From NCBI GenBank assembly GCA_951406725.2, contig OX597821.1, positions 111,972,001-112,036,000 of the forward strand: a DNA stretch of 64,000 nt, written 5' to 3'. Made by a program: the position numbers and the translations under genes. The notes under the pieces are model-generated. The model ran no database searches, was not told the origin of the DNA, and worked only from the letters and a program-made list of their open reading frames with translations. Positions within the stretch are counted from its first letter, which is position 1. Every line of letters starts with the position of its first letter. Shown here one piece after another: positions 51,671-64,000 of the stretch. This DNA comes from Octopus vulgaris (lineage: Eukaryota).

Positions 51671-51756
51671 TGTCTTCAGCTTTAGAATCTGATGAGCTGT
51701 CTATGGAGCCAAGTCCTATGTGGAAGCAAAACCATTGGTAACTCTCTGACCAGACA
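51671..51756 (+). ncRNA. Type I hammerhead with extended stem I and a G12A lesion
   Basis: UGUCU UCAG cuuu AGAAU CUGAUGA GCU...GGA gccaag UCC...AGC AAAAC C auu G GUA ACUCU CUGA cc AGACA. Confidence 0.68.
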
Positions 51757-51864
51757 TAGACTTAGCTACAAAAATATCTCTCTCTGTGTATATATATGTG
51801 TGTGTGTGTGTGTATACATATACAGACATATATATGTGTATACATATATATATACATATATATG

Positions 51865-51897
<33 letters not shown>

Positions 51898-53103
51898 ATA
51901 TATATATATATATATACATACACACACATACATGAAGTATAAATGCAGGTATTTGCATATACACACACACAGATAATATAAAAATTTAGACAAACACACA
52001 CACACAGACTAGGAAAAGAAATGAAAAATACACGTATATATTTCCATATAAAGATATAAAAATGTCACAAGTTAAACCTGCATGTTGTGTAATGAAGGTG
52101 AGAGGTTGTAACCCTTCCCCCCTTCAGCTACCCCCCTCACACACACACGCACACACACACACACACATGCACTCACAGGCGCACAACTACACACGCACAG
52201 AGAAGAAGCTATTTCTCTTGGTAAACAACTTCATAGAATAGAAAACGGTAAGAAAATCAATTCTGTTGATGCTAAACCTCACAATGGTGATGACGATGAT
52301 GATGATGATGGTGATGGTTGTGTTGATGATGATGATGCTGTTGTTGATGGTTGGCGGTAATGATGATAGTGTTGATGTTTGTGAAATTGGTATGGTGGTG
52401 GTGGTGATGTTGATTGACGATAATGACGGTAGTGGTGTTGACAATGATGACGGTAATGGCAACAGCTATGATGCTAATGGTGGCGGCAATGACGGCAAAA
52501 TGATGGTGATGTATCTATGTGATACTAACTATATGCTGATCACCCTCCAAGCCATCTCTTCCATGACCACCACCAAAAGAACATGATCAAATAATAATAA
52601 CCAAACTTCCATCAAATTTTCCAACCAGCTGTCTTTGTGGGGGTGGGGTGAAATGGACACATTTGATAACACTGTCTTATTGCTTCCTAATAAATGGCAA
52701 GGTCCTGGGTGGAATGTCTTTAAATACAAAGGTAATTGAAGACTGGCCTTGGCCTAAACAACAACCACAACCACATATCTTTACCATGACCAAATGTGTC
52801 TAACTTCACCATGGGCCCTGTTATTTATTTCAGAGAAATTTATCTCATGTTGTACACCTAAGTGTTCTTTTGCTTTCATTTTCTTTGCTGAATTGATTGG
52901 ACAAAGTGTTTGGATAGAATACCTTGTGGTATTTATTTCTGACTCCTTTACGTTCAGAGTTCAAATTCTGCCAGGATCACTATTTACTGACTTTTATCTA
53001 TCCAAGGGGTTGAGAGAATAAATCACCAATGGGTTTTGTACCCAAATTAGGATCAATGATTGTTGTCATCCTCGTCATCGTCATCATCATCATCATTATT
53101 ATA

Positions 53104-53347
53104 AAGGTGGCAAGCTAGCAGAATTGTTAGCATACCGGGCAAAATGTTTAGCAGTATTTCGTGTTCGCCATGTTCTGAGTTAAAATTCTGTCAGTGGGTC
53201 AACTTTGCCTTTCATCCTTTCGGGGTCAATTAAATAGGAACCAGTTACACATTGGGGCCCGATGTAACTGACTGACTCCCTTCACCCAAATCAAAGGCCT
53301 CACGCTTCCAGTAGAAAGGATTACTATCATCATCATCATCATTATTA

Positions 53348-53378
<31 letters not shown>

Positions 53379-54366
53379 AAAGGGGACATGCTGGGCAAAA
53401 TGCTTTGAGGTATTTTGTCCATCTTCATGTTCTGAGTTCAAATCCCACCAAGGTTGACATTGCCTTCCATCCTTTTGGGGTTAATTAAATAAATACTAGT
53501 TACACACTAGAGTCAATGTAGTTGACTTAATCCCTCCTTCCAAATTTGAGGCCTTGTGCTTCCGGTAGAAAGGATTATTATTATTATTACCATTATTATT
53601 ATTAAAGTGGTGAGCTGGCAGAATGGTTAGCATGCTGGGAAAATTGCTTACAGGCATTTCTTCCATCTTATACGTTCTGAGTTCAAATTCTGCCAAGGTC
53701 AACTTGGCCTTTCATCCTTTCGGGGGTCGATAAATTAAGTACCAGTTATGCACTGGGGGTCAATGTGATCGACTGCCCCCTTCCCCACAACATCCAGGCC
53801 TTGTTGCTTATAGTAGAAAGGATTATTATTATTATTATTATTATTACCATTATTACTATTAAAGTGGTGAGCTGGCAGAATGGTTAGCATGCTGGGAAAA
53901 TTGCTTACAGGCATTTCTTCCATCTTCTACGTTCTGAGTTCAAATTCTGCCATGGTTAACTTGGCCTTTCATCCTTTCGGGGGGTCGATAAATTAAGTAC
54001 CAGTTATGCACTGGGGGTCAATGTGATCGACTGCCCCCTTCCCCACAACATCCAGGCCTTGTTGCTTCTAGTAGAAAGGATTATTATTATTATTATTATC
54101 GTCATTACTGTTGTTGTTGTTGTTATTAAAATGGTAAGCTGGCGGAATGCTTAGCGGCGTTTCTTTCGTCCTTTATACGTTCTGAGTTCAAATTCCACCA
54201 AGGCTGACTTTGCTTTTCATCCTTTCAGGGTCAATAGAATTAAAGGACCAGTTGAGCACTGAGTGGGGTGGGGTGGGTGTGTGTGTTAGGGGGTTTAATG
54301 TAATCAACTTACTCCACCCCCGCCACACCCCCAAATCTGCTGGCCTTGTGTCAAGAATTAGAAAGA
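53104..54366 (+). mobile_element. Head-to-tail array of five SINE family B copies separated by (ATT)n
   Basis: Units start near 53104, 53378, 53603, 53860 and 54128, and most end GTAGAAAGG(ATT)n. Units 3 and 4 are nearly identical. Confidence 0.88.
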
Positions 54367-55827
54367 ACTATCATCATCATCATCATCATCAACATCATCA
54401 TCGTCATCATCATCATCATTGTCTTCACCATAATGGTTTCTACCACTTCCATCTATTGTGATTGCTGACATCATTCTCCATTAACCTCCACCAGCAACAG
54501 CAGCATCACCATCACCACCACCACCACCACCACCACTGCTGCTGTTACTACTACTATTACTGCTGTTGTTGCTACTATTACTACCTTCACCACCACCACC
54601 ACCACCACCATTACACTTTCTCCTCTTCCTCACCCTCCTCCTCCATTCCCCCCACCCCCCCGTTGCCAATGATGTCATCAGTCTTTAGCATAAGTTATAA
54701 GTCTGGTTTCTCTTACCACTTTGCTCTTCCCATGGCAAACGCACTCTCGTAACGTTCATCTGCACCGTCACCACCTCCACCCACCCCCACACCGGCACTC
54801 CCCCTCCCCCTACCCCTTCCAACCATTAACTCATTCATTTACCATCTGCACTTCTTTTGTCTGCACGTCTCTCTCTCTCTCTCTCTTCCTGACAACTGGA
54901 ACAGACCCCAACTCAGAAGCCTGTTTTCTGAGATTTCTAATTTTAAGACCATTCATAACAAACTCCACCAATGAACTGGTCCCACGACCCCCACCCCACC
55001 CCCGACTGCTACCACACAACCACCCACCCCCATTCACAGATTTCATCTTGCATCTTTGTTTCACACACACACACACACACACACACAAATGTACAAAGAA
55101 AGTGAATACGAACTGAACACTGTTTACCTGTCTGTAATTGTTTTCTGTTTTTTTTTTTAAAATAACTTCTACTTGCTTCAGTCATTTGACTGTGGCCATG
55201 CTGGGGCACCGTGCTGAAGAATTTTCAGTTGTACGAATTGACTTCATGACTTATTTTAAGCCTGTTACGTATTTCTTTCTCTCTCTTTCGCTGAGCCACT
55301 AAGTTACAGGGAATGTAAACACACCAACACCGGCTGTCAAAGAGATGGGAGATGACAAACAGATCCCTCTATATATCCATCTGTCTGTCTGTATGTTCAT
55401 TTATCTATCTATCTGTCTGGCTCCTTGTCTATCTATCTATTTGTCTGTCTGTCTATCTATCTATCTATCTATCTATCTGTCTGTCTGTCTATCCATCTAT
55501 CTGTCTGTCTATCTATCTATCCATCTAGCCATCTATCTATCTATCTTTCCGTCCATCCGTCCACCCATCCATCTATCTGTCTATCTATCTACACACACAC
55601 ACATATATATATAAATATACACACACACATACATATATACATACACACACATATATACATACATATTTTTGTCTATACTGAGAGAGAGAGAAATGCATAC
55701 AGACAGAATATAAAAGCATCCAACAACAAATGGAAAAAGGAGAAAGAAGAATGTAGACAAACACATGTGTAATCCCTTACTTTAACATCAAAACTTTTAT
55801 TGTGCTTTATTATATTGTGTTTGTGCA

Positions 55828-55867
<40 letters not shown>

Positions 55868-56829
55868 GGGGAGGATGAGTAAGGGAGAGGGGAAAGATTG
55901 TGTATTCATTTTTATAGTAAATTTCTAATCAAAACTGAGATGTTTGAAGCTACATCTAGTCCCACAAGTGCTCGAGTTGAAAAGAAAATCAGAGATCGTT
56001 TGCTCTATATAGTTAATTGTAAACACAAATAAAGATTCTTCAGAAACAACAACAACAACAACAATAATGAATTTTAGGTTTGTAGTCACTAATATCCAGC
56101 GGTGGATGATAATGGTGTTTGCGATGATGATGGTGATGCTTCTTCATAACACACATTCTCACAGTATCTTCCTCAACAACATGCTATATATATATATATA
56201 TATATCGTAGAATGGCCACAATATTTAATTATATTGGATTTGTTGAACGCATTGCTAGTTGCATCTCAATAGGACTTATTAATTTTAGAAAGCATTTACC
56301 AAAGATAGATCCAGAACCATAAAAGGGCTCAGGGGCTCTTATTGTAAAGATTAAATTAAAACAACCAACGTGGAACATTTGCAGCATAGTAACAACAAGA
56401 ACAACAACCACAATGATGGTGATGATGATTGTGATAATGATGATGATAAATATTAAGATAACAATAATCACTATGATAATGATAAGAATCTTTTTCAGAC
56501 ACAAGGCCTGAAATTTTAGGGGCAAGGGGCTAGTTCATTACATCAATCCCAATGTTTCACTGGTGCTTAATTTATTGATCTTGAAAGGATGAAAGGCAAA
56601 GTCAACCTTGGTGGGATTTGAACTCAGAATGCAATGACAGGAAAAGCTGTTAATGTTAACACACTGGGAAAAATGGTCAGCAACATTTTGTCCAGCTTTA
56701 CATTCAGAGTCAAATTTCTGCTTTCATCTTTTCATGGTCTGTGAAATTAAGTACCTGTTGAGCACCGGGTTTGATGTAATTGACTTCTCCCTACCCTGAA
56801 ATTACTTGAAACCAAATAATAATAATAAT

Positions 56830-57210
56830 AAGAGCACCCAGAGAGTGCAAACCTCTGCCAAGGTAACACCAACGTTCTCCCAATGATTAGCCAGAGATGA
56901 TTTTTAAAATGCAAGTAACTGAAATAAACTCGACTGCTCTCACAAATGAGAATACTAAAAATGAACCCAAACTGCTCGCAAAAAATTAAGTAACAAAAAA
57001 ATTTTAAAAATGGAAAAATAATCCAGAATCCTTGTCTGTTACCAGATCAATCCCAGAATCTAATCAGTTTGTGCTAGTCATGAGTCCACATCCACCTGAA
57101 AGCTTCATCCGAATCCATCCAGTGGATATCTTGAGATATCTTGTCCACAGACAAACAACCAAATATGTCTGAAGACATTACTTCTGCCTTTGCTAAGGCA
57201 GAAGTAATAA
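56830..57210 (-). mobile_element. Helentron-associated non-autonomous element (HINE/DINE-like)
   Basis: Terminal hairpin ATTACTTCTGCCTT-TGCT-AAGGCAGAAGTAAT (57177-57208), a matching subterminal repeat ACCTCTGCCAAGG (56851-56863) and the stem-loop GCACCC-AGA-GAGTGC at the other end. Inserted in (AAT)n. Confidence 0.7.
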
Positions 57211-58454
57211 TAATAGTAATAAAGGATTTTTTTCCAAATAAATTCTGATCAATTTGGACTCCCTGGTCCTAAGATAGGTGATTCCCAGTGAAAACTCATT
57301 TTTTCAGTGTTAATGTTTCCTCTAACTCTCCTCCATCCATCCTGTCAATGGATCCTGCTCAAACTCCTTCATAAGATATTTTCATTCAAGATTCTTTGTT
57401 TAGCCTCACTAGAAGCTATTCAACCATGACCTTTGCCCTTCGACCCCTTTCCTTTGTAGATAGCCTTTTGATATTTAAATAGAAACCCTCATCACACACA
57501 CACCACACACATGCACACACAATGAGTTTACACTCTGTTGTATACCTGAGTCTTTTCAATATGCCTGACTCACATTTTATCCGTTCATGACTCATTCTCA
57601 TCTAGCAGGCATCTCCTTCCTCTCCTTCGTCTCTCTCTCTCTCTCTCTCTCTCCAGAGTTAGAACTTGCTAAATACAAGATGCTCAGTCATCTTTTCTAC
57701 AACGCAGAACAAAATAGAAGGGAGAGGAGGAGGAGGAGGAGGAGATAATAACAGAGCCTGCTAATTAATACATTTAGGTTGATTTAATTAACTCTAGCTG
57801 TTCCTCCTTTTCAGAATCCTTCCAAGTGTCTAATTAAAATTAAAAAAACAAAAAACAAGCAAAGAAAAACATCAATTGAAGTATTTTGTTACCTTTTATC
57901 TTTCATAATTCACTTGTTTCAGTCCTTTGCTTCGTGGCCATGCTGGAGCACTGCCTCGAAGGATTTCAATGAACAAATCAACCTCAGTACCTAATCTCTT
58001 GTCACTTTTGCAACATTGCCAAGTTACAGGGATGCAAACAAACCAACACTGGTTGCCAAATGGTAGTTTGGAGTGTGATAAACAAAGTTACACACACACA
58101 CACACACACATTATTTATACAATAGGCTTCCACACAGTTTCCATCTACCATTTTCACTCACAAAGCATTGGTTGTCCCAGAGCTATAGTAGAAGACAGTT
58201 ACCCAAAGGTGCTGCACTGTGGGACTGAACCTGAAACCATTTGGTTGCAAAGCAAGCCTCTTTAACTACACAGCCATGCCTACACCCGTATCCTCCTCCT
58301 CCTCCTCATCATCATCATCATGACTGCGGCCATGCTGGAGCACCGCATTTAGCCTGGCAAATTGACTCCTGGACTTATTCTTTGTAAGCCTAGTACTTAT
58401 ACTATCGGTCTCTTTTGCCGAAATGCTAAGTTACAGGGACATAAACACACCAAC

Positions 58455-58920
58455 ATATTCTACCTGTTTTAAGTTCACACTGTCCACATCCAGCCTCTCA
58501 CACCTATCCTGCAAATGTTATTTTTAAAATAAACAATCATATCAAAATCTCAAAGTGATGAGATACCATCTCCCCTACCACCACCACCACCACCACCACC
58601 ACCACCACCACCACCACCACCACCACCACCACCACCACCACCACCACCACCACCACCACCATCATCATTTAATGTCCATTTTCCATGCTGGCATGAGTTG
58701 GACAGCTTGACAGGAGCTGGCACGCCAGGCACCTGTGCCAGGTTCCAGTTGTGTGCTTTGGCATCGTTACCACAGCTGGATGCCCTTCCTAATGCCAACC
58801 ACTTTACAGAGGGCTTTTTACATGGTGCCAGCACAGGTGGTTTTTACATGGCACAGGCAAGATTAATTCAAAACCATAAATAAACAAGCATTACATTTGA
58901 CAGAGTAATCTGAATGCTAA
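58455..58920 (-). mobile_element. piggyBac-type MITE family 2 interrupted by a long (CCA)n run (~58577-58660) and a family D element
   Basis: Flanks are homologous to 37060-37218; family D motif at 58660-58857. Confidence 0.65.
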
Positions 58921-60018
58921 TGTGAATTAGTCCAAAGAATACCATGCCAATGTAAGTCCATGGAGCAGTTTGATCTTGTGACCCATGGATCATGTGTTAA
59001 CTCGCTTAGGCAATAAACAAGAACAGAACCATCACAAAATATCGGTATTTGCATAATTGGTTCAAGTACATCATCCAAGTTGCTTGCGTTGTCAGCAGCG
59101 TCATAGAACGAAGAATGAAGTGTCTGTTAGTAGACAAAAGACCAAAGAAACACAAAGAACACAGCATGTCTTAAACAGTGAAAAAGAGATATCAATACAA
59201 TTGTGTGAAGTACCGAAAAGTCTTTGAATGAAGACTGGAACCGTTAATAGTAAATAGTTATGACAGAAACCTATTCAGCTAGATTGTAACACACAATTTC
59301 TAAGTAATCAAATCTACTTGGGAAGAATCTTGGAATAGAGAAGGAAAACAGAAAATGGAAAGGAAAAAGTAGAAATGATAGAAGGAGGGGAAGAAAAATC
59401 CTGGAGAAGGTTGCAAAATTAAAGATGAAATAGAGAGAGAGAAGTGTGTGCTTTTGTGTATGTGTGTTGGGGACCGAACGAAGTGTTGCAGTGTTCAATG
59501 GTAGATATATTGATCTGAGTTTTGTTATCAGTTTTTCCTTGAATCGATAAAAGGGAAATATTAGCTGATCGATTTGTGAATAACAAAGAACCAGGATATG
59601 AGAGAATTAAAGGAGACGCGCTGTGGATTAGTGACCAAAACTGTTGATGGCTTATATAACTAATATAATTAGTAATGGTTCAAATACATTTATATATACA
59701 CACATATACATAATGCATATCCATACATGCGATCATTAATCATATGACTGACAGAAACCAAGCCTGTACAAGTATCTAAGTATGTATTGGTGATGTTATC
59801 ATCTGCTTTGGGAGGATGTAGATTGACGTATCTGTAGAACAAATAACTTACAGGAATCAAATCTGTGGAATATTACCATTAACAAGATTATTACAATTGG
59901 TCTTGTCATCAATTTCTTTGTCACAATCTTTTATTTTTTTTTTGCTACATTTATTGTAATCACCATCATTATAACCGTCAACACCCTTCTCATTATTGCC
60001 ATCACAATTATTATTATT

Positions 60019-60235
60019 AAGGCGGTGAGCTGGCAGAGTCGTTAGCAAGCTCGATGAAATGCTTAGCGGTATTTCGCCTGTCACAACGTTGTGAGTTCAA
60101 ATTCCGCAGAGGTCGACTTTGCCTTTCATCCTTTCAGGGTGAATAAATTAAGTACCAGTAAAACTCCGGGGTTGATGCAATCGATTATCCCCGTCCCTCA
60201 AAATTCTGGCCTTGTGCCTATAGTAGAAAGGATTA
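60019..60235 (+). mobile_element. SINE family B (a second partial copy follows at ~60280-60425)
   Basis: AAGGCGGTGAGCTGGCAGAGTCGTTAGC ... GTAGAAAGGATTATT, between (ATT)n runs. Confidence 0.88.
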
Positions 60236-60429
60236 TTATTATTATTATTAGTATTATTATATTAAACTTCTGGTTCTTTATGTTCTGAGTTCAATTATCA
60301 CTGAAGTTGACTTGGGTTTTTCATCCTTCTGGGGGTCAATTAAAATAAATACCAGTCAAGTACTGGACTTCATGCAATCAATTTATCACCTCCCCTAACC
60401 TCTCTCAAATTTGCTGGTCTTGGCTCAAA

Positions 60430-60950
60430 GTGACACTGGGGTAAAATATACGAAGCCCAGTATACCCATCGTGACTACCCGTCTGATAAGGGCATATCAG
60501 GCACATGCATCACAACCATATGTGCGCGACACGGTGATCTCATATCAAGATAAACAGCATGTGACCTTACAGTTGGGGGCCCAGTTAGAATTTTATTCTG
60601 GTTGAGTAACCCATCCCGCTCAAAAGGTCCCTGAATAGGGGTTGTTTAAGGATGTTGAACGAAACACCCATGTTTCCAGAGGTGAATTATTCAAACCCCA
60701 AAGAATTCCCCCTCAACACATGGCTATGATGTTCCCCAACTACTTCTGCTCATGATCAGAGATGCACATATCATCAGCCACTACGGGACATGCTCAACTG
60801 GTTACGGTCAAACAACTGACAAGCAAATTTGTGGTATTGAGCAGAATATTTGCTGTAGCCCATCTTTTATACCATGACGAAGCAAGATAACACTTCTAGT
60901 CAGAGACCATGAGAGCCACTGCCTGGTACTGGATCGGAGCACATTATTAT
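60430..60950. repeat. Probable interspersed repeat of unknown class
   Basis: Complex, higher-GC block that I recall as repeated in octopus DNA. Single copy here, so it is not verifiable from the window. Confidence 0.35.
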
Positions 60951-62129
60951 CCCTTCATAACACAGTGCAGGTAAAACTGCACCGAAGTCTTTAGTCATTT
61001 GTCAAGTCACCACAAAGACCTCAGACAGATAATACTTACGTAAAAACATGCACGCACACACAATGGGCTTCTTTCAGTTTCCGTTTATCAAATTGACTCA
61101 CATGACTTTGGACAGCCTGAGGTTATAGTAGAAGGCTCTTGTCCAAGGTAGCATGCAGTGGGACTGAACCCGGAACCATGTGGTTGGGAAGCAAACTTCT
61201 TACCACACCTGTGCTTGTTAAGTATTTCATTTGATGTTCCAACCACTCCATCAATTCACCACCTCCAACTACCACCCATACTATTATCACTATTATACGA
61301 CGACGACCACCACCACGGACCACTACCACTACTACTACTACTACAACCGACACCACTATCATTACCACCACCGCGCAACAGCTCCGTCACAACCACCACC
61401 TATACTACTACTACTACTACTGCTGTTGCTGCTGCCACTACTATTACCACCACTACTACTACTACTATCACTACTCTTACTAATACTAACACTCCTCACC
61501 TCATTACAAATACCATCATTATCAGTGCTACTACCTTTACTACAACCACCACTAGTAGTACTAGTACTACTACTACAACCACTACCAAAACCTCCACCAC
61601 AACTACTACTGCTACTGCTAGTACTGCCGTCATTAGTACTGTTAGTAGAGATGTAATGAAGCCAGTAAGAAGACATTAAGATTACAAGTGTCAAAGACAA
61701 AAGGAGGGAGAGAAAAGGTGAGAGTGTGTCACAAAGTGTAGGACATGAAACAAATTATATTTTATTATCTGTCTGACACCAGCCATATCATCGTTTAGCC
61801 TGAAGCTATTCAAAACTATCTCATGTAGTCAGCAGAGATAGAGGAGCCGATAGAGGCGGCGATACAGGCATAGTTGCTGATGATGTCAATGTCGAGTGCT
61901 CTTTTTACAATAATTTTCTGGTCACATGACTGGCTTATAAGTAGATAAGAGAGGAAGAGAGGAAGAAAGAAAGGGGTGTTGGGTAATATATACAATAATG
62001 TAGTGATAGTAGTAGGTTGTCAGGAGTGAAGACTGATTTATAGAGAAAGAAAAAAAACCACCAGAGGGACACCTAACGAATTCAAATACATTAGTTACTA
62101 ATATATATAATATGAGTGTGCGTGTGTGA

Positions 62130-62153
62130 GTGTATACATACATAGATATATAC

Positions 62154-62198
<45 letters not shown>

Positions 62199-62222
62199 TA
62201 TACACACATATATATATATATA

Positions 62223-62272
<50 letters not shown>

Positions 62273-62334
62273 ATACATATACATATATATATACACATAT
62301 ATATATATATACATATATATATACACATATATAT

Positions 62335-62404
<70 letters not shown>

Positions 62405-62482
62405 GCATATATATATACATATATATATACATACATATATATATACATATATACATACATACATATATATATACATATATAC

Positions 62483-62529
<47 letters not shown>

Positions 62530-62810
62530 CATATATATATACATATATATATATACATATATACATATATATATATATACATACATATATACATATATAT
62601 ATATACATATATATATATATACATATATACATATATATATATACATATATATATTTATATATATATATATACACATGTGTATATATATATACGTGTGTAT
62701 ATATATATGTGTGTGTGTATATATATATATATATATACATACACACACATATGTACATATGTATGTATGTATATATATATATACATACATACATACCTAT
62801 ACATATGCAT
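62130..62810. repeat. Long (TA)n/(TACA) microsatellite
   Basis: About 680-bp alternating tract. Source of the 177-290 aa Y/I ORFs. Confidence 0.97.
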
Positions 62811-62849
62811 GACTAATATTTCTCCCACCTTACTTAAAGTACAGATACA

Positions 62850-62891
<42 letters not shown>

Positions 62892-63318
62892 GCATATACA
62901 TGTGTGTGTATGTAAACACACATATACATACATACATACATTCATACACATGTATGTATGCATGCTTATGTTTGTGTATGTGTGATAAAGAGATTTGCTT
63001 TGAAAAAGTTAATGGACATTCAATACTGTATTGGCACTGTGGTAACCATCGCCATCATCATCACCATAACCATCACTATCAAAAATCACCATCATTTTTA
63101 ACGTCTAATTTTCCATGCTTACATTAAAAGTGACACATGGCTACAACTATCAAGCAGACACGGATACTCACACACACACACGATGGGCTTCTTTTAGTCT
63201 CCATCTACTGAATCCACCCACAAGACTTTGGTCGACCTCAGGCAATTAAAGACACTTGCCCATAGTGTCACACTGTGGAACAGGACCCAAAACTATGTCA
63301 TTGAGAAACTAGTCACAC

Positions 63319-63367
<49 letters not shown>

Positions 63368-63372
63368 CACAT

Positions 63373-63565
63373 AGTCGCCATGATAGATCGTTAGCCACTA
63401 CACACATTTTATCTCTCCTTATTTTTTCTGTGTTCCTTTCTGTAGAAGAGCATAGGCTCGAAATGTAAAAGACTTTTTCTATTCCTGAGCATTATACTTA
63501 ATACATCTGTTTGTTTTGTACACCACCTGTCTTTGTCTTTTGTTTTTTTTCGTAAACTCTCCCCA
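63373..63565 (+). mobile_element. Penelope-like repeat with CUGUAGA hammerhead-like motif (63432-63473)
   Basis: GTTCCTTT CTGTAGA A GAGC ATAG GCTC GAAATGTA AAAGAC; third copy of the family. Confidence 0.7.
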
Positions 63566-63775
63566 TATATATATATATATATATATACATACATGTATAA
63601 ATAAATATAGGGATGGTATTATTAAAATACCATCACAAGTGGTAAGTGAATTATCTGCTGTACAGGCAAATTAATAAAATATATACATACAATATTAGAT
63701 ATGTACATATATACAGAAGGGTACATATAGGTACATGAGTACCTATATGGCTAATGATATACATATACATATATA

Positions 63776-63889
63776 TCACCGTGACCGACCAGGCTATCAG
63801 ATGTTGCTACACATCGCTGGTCACAATGCAATTCGCATTGTTTTAGCCTTCAAATGATGCCACCCCGCTGGCTAAGTGAGTAGGCCAAC
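63776..63889 (-). mobile_element. SINE family E 3' fragment
   Basis: Reverse complement TGTTGGCCTACTCACTTAGCCAGCGGGGTGGCATCATTTGAAGGCTAAAACAATGC...TGTGACCAGCGATGTG, homologous to 5416-5533. Confidence 0.75.
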
Positions 63890-64000
63890 ATATACATGTA
63901 TATATGTAAATATAAATTCAGGGTGAATACTTGATAAATGTAAGCACCTGTATATGCCAGCTAGTAGCAGAGGTGAGAGGATATATGTATCAAATGAAAT

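Noticed and set aside
52201-52247. Possible 47-nt exon (EEAISLGKQLHRIEN) ending ACG|GTAAGA
   Set aside because: Good donor, but the acceptor lacks a polypyrimidine tract and the peptide is unrecognised.
61922-62816. 177-290 aa Y/I-rich ORFs (also at ~20 kb, 24 kb, 33 kb and 40 kb)
   Set aside because: Translations of (TA)/(CA) microsatellites, open in several frames at once.

Overview
AT-rich eukaryotic non-coding DNA (intronic or intergenic), dominated by microsatellites and interspersed repeats. The SINE families match ones I recall from octopus genomes, so the source is probably a coleoid cephalopod; this is an inference, not a database result. No intact protein-coding gene is recognisable, and almost all ORFs in the track are microsatellite or SINE artefacts. 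The window holds dozens of tRNA-derived SINE copies in about five families (labelled A-E here), decayed RTE-clade LINE fragments (one with two C2H2 fingers), Tc1/pogo-type and piggyBac-type MITEs, a non-autonomous Helitron and a Helentron-like element. The main finding is at least 11 type I hammerhead ribozyme motifs from about 6 sequence families, several in Penelope-like inverted (tail-out) insertions. One element joins a tRNA-like Pol III head to an intact minimal hammerhead and a Penelope-style tail. Two families share non-canonical cores (CUGUAGA; CCGAUGA). Other notable structures are a 28-bp minisatellite that arose inside a LINE coding segment, a composite piggyBac-MITE unit splitting a SINE, and a candidate 24-nt microexon. 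Coordinates and pairings were read by eye, so boundaries are approximate to a few bases and not every decayed SINE fragment is listed.
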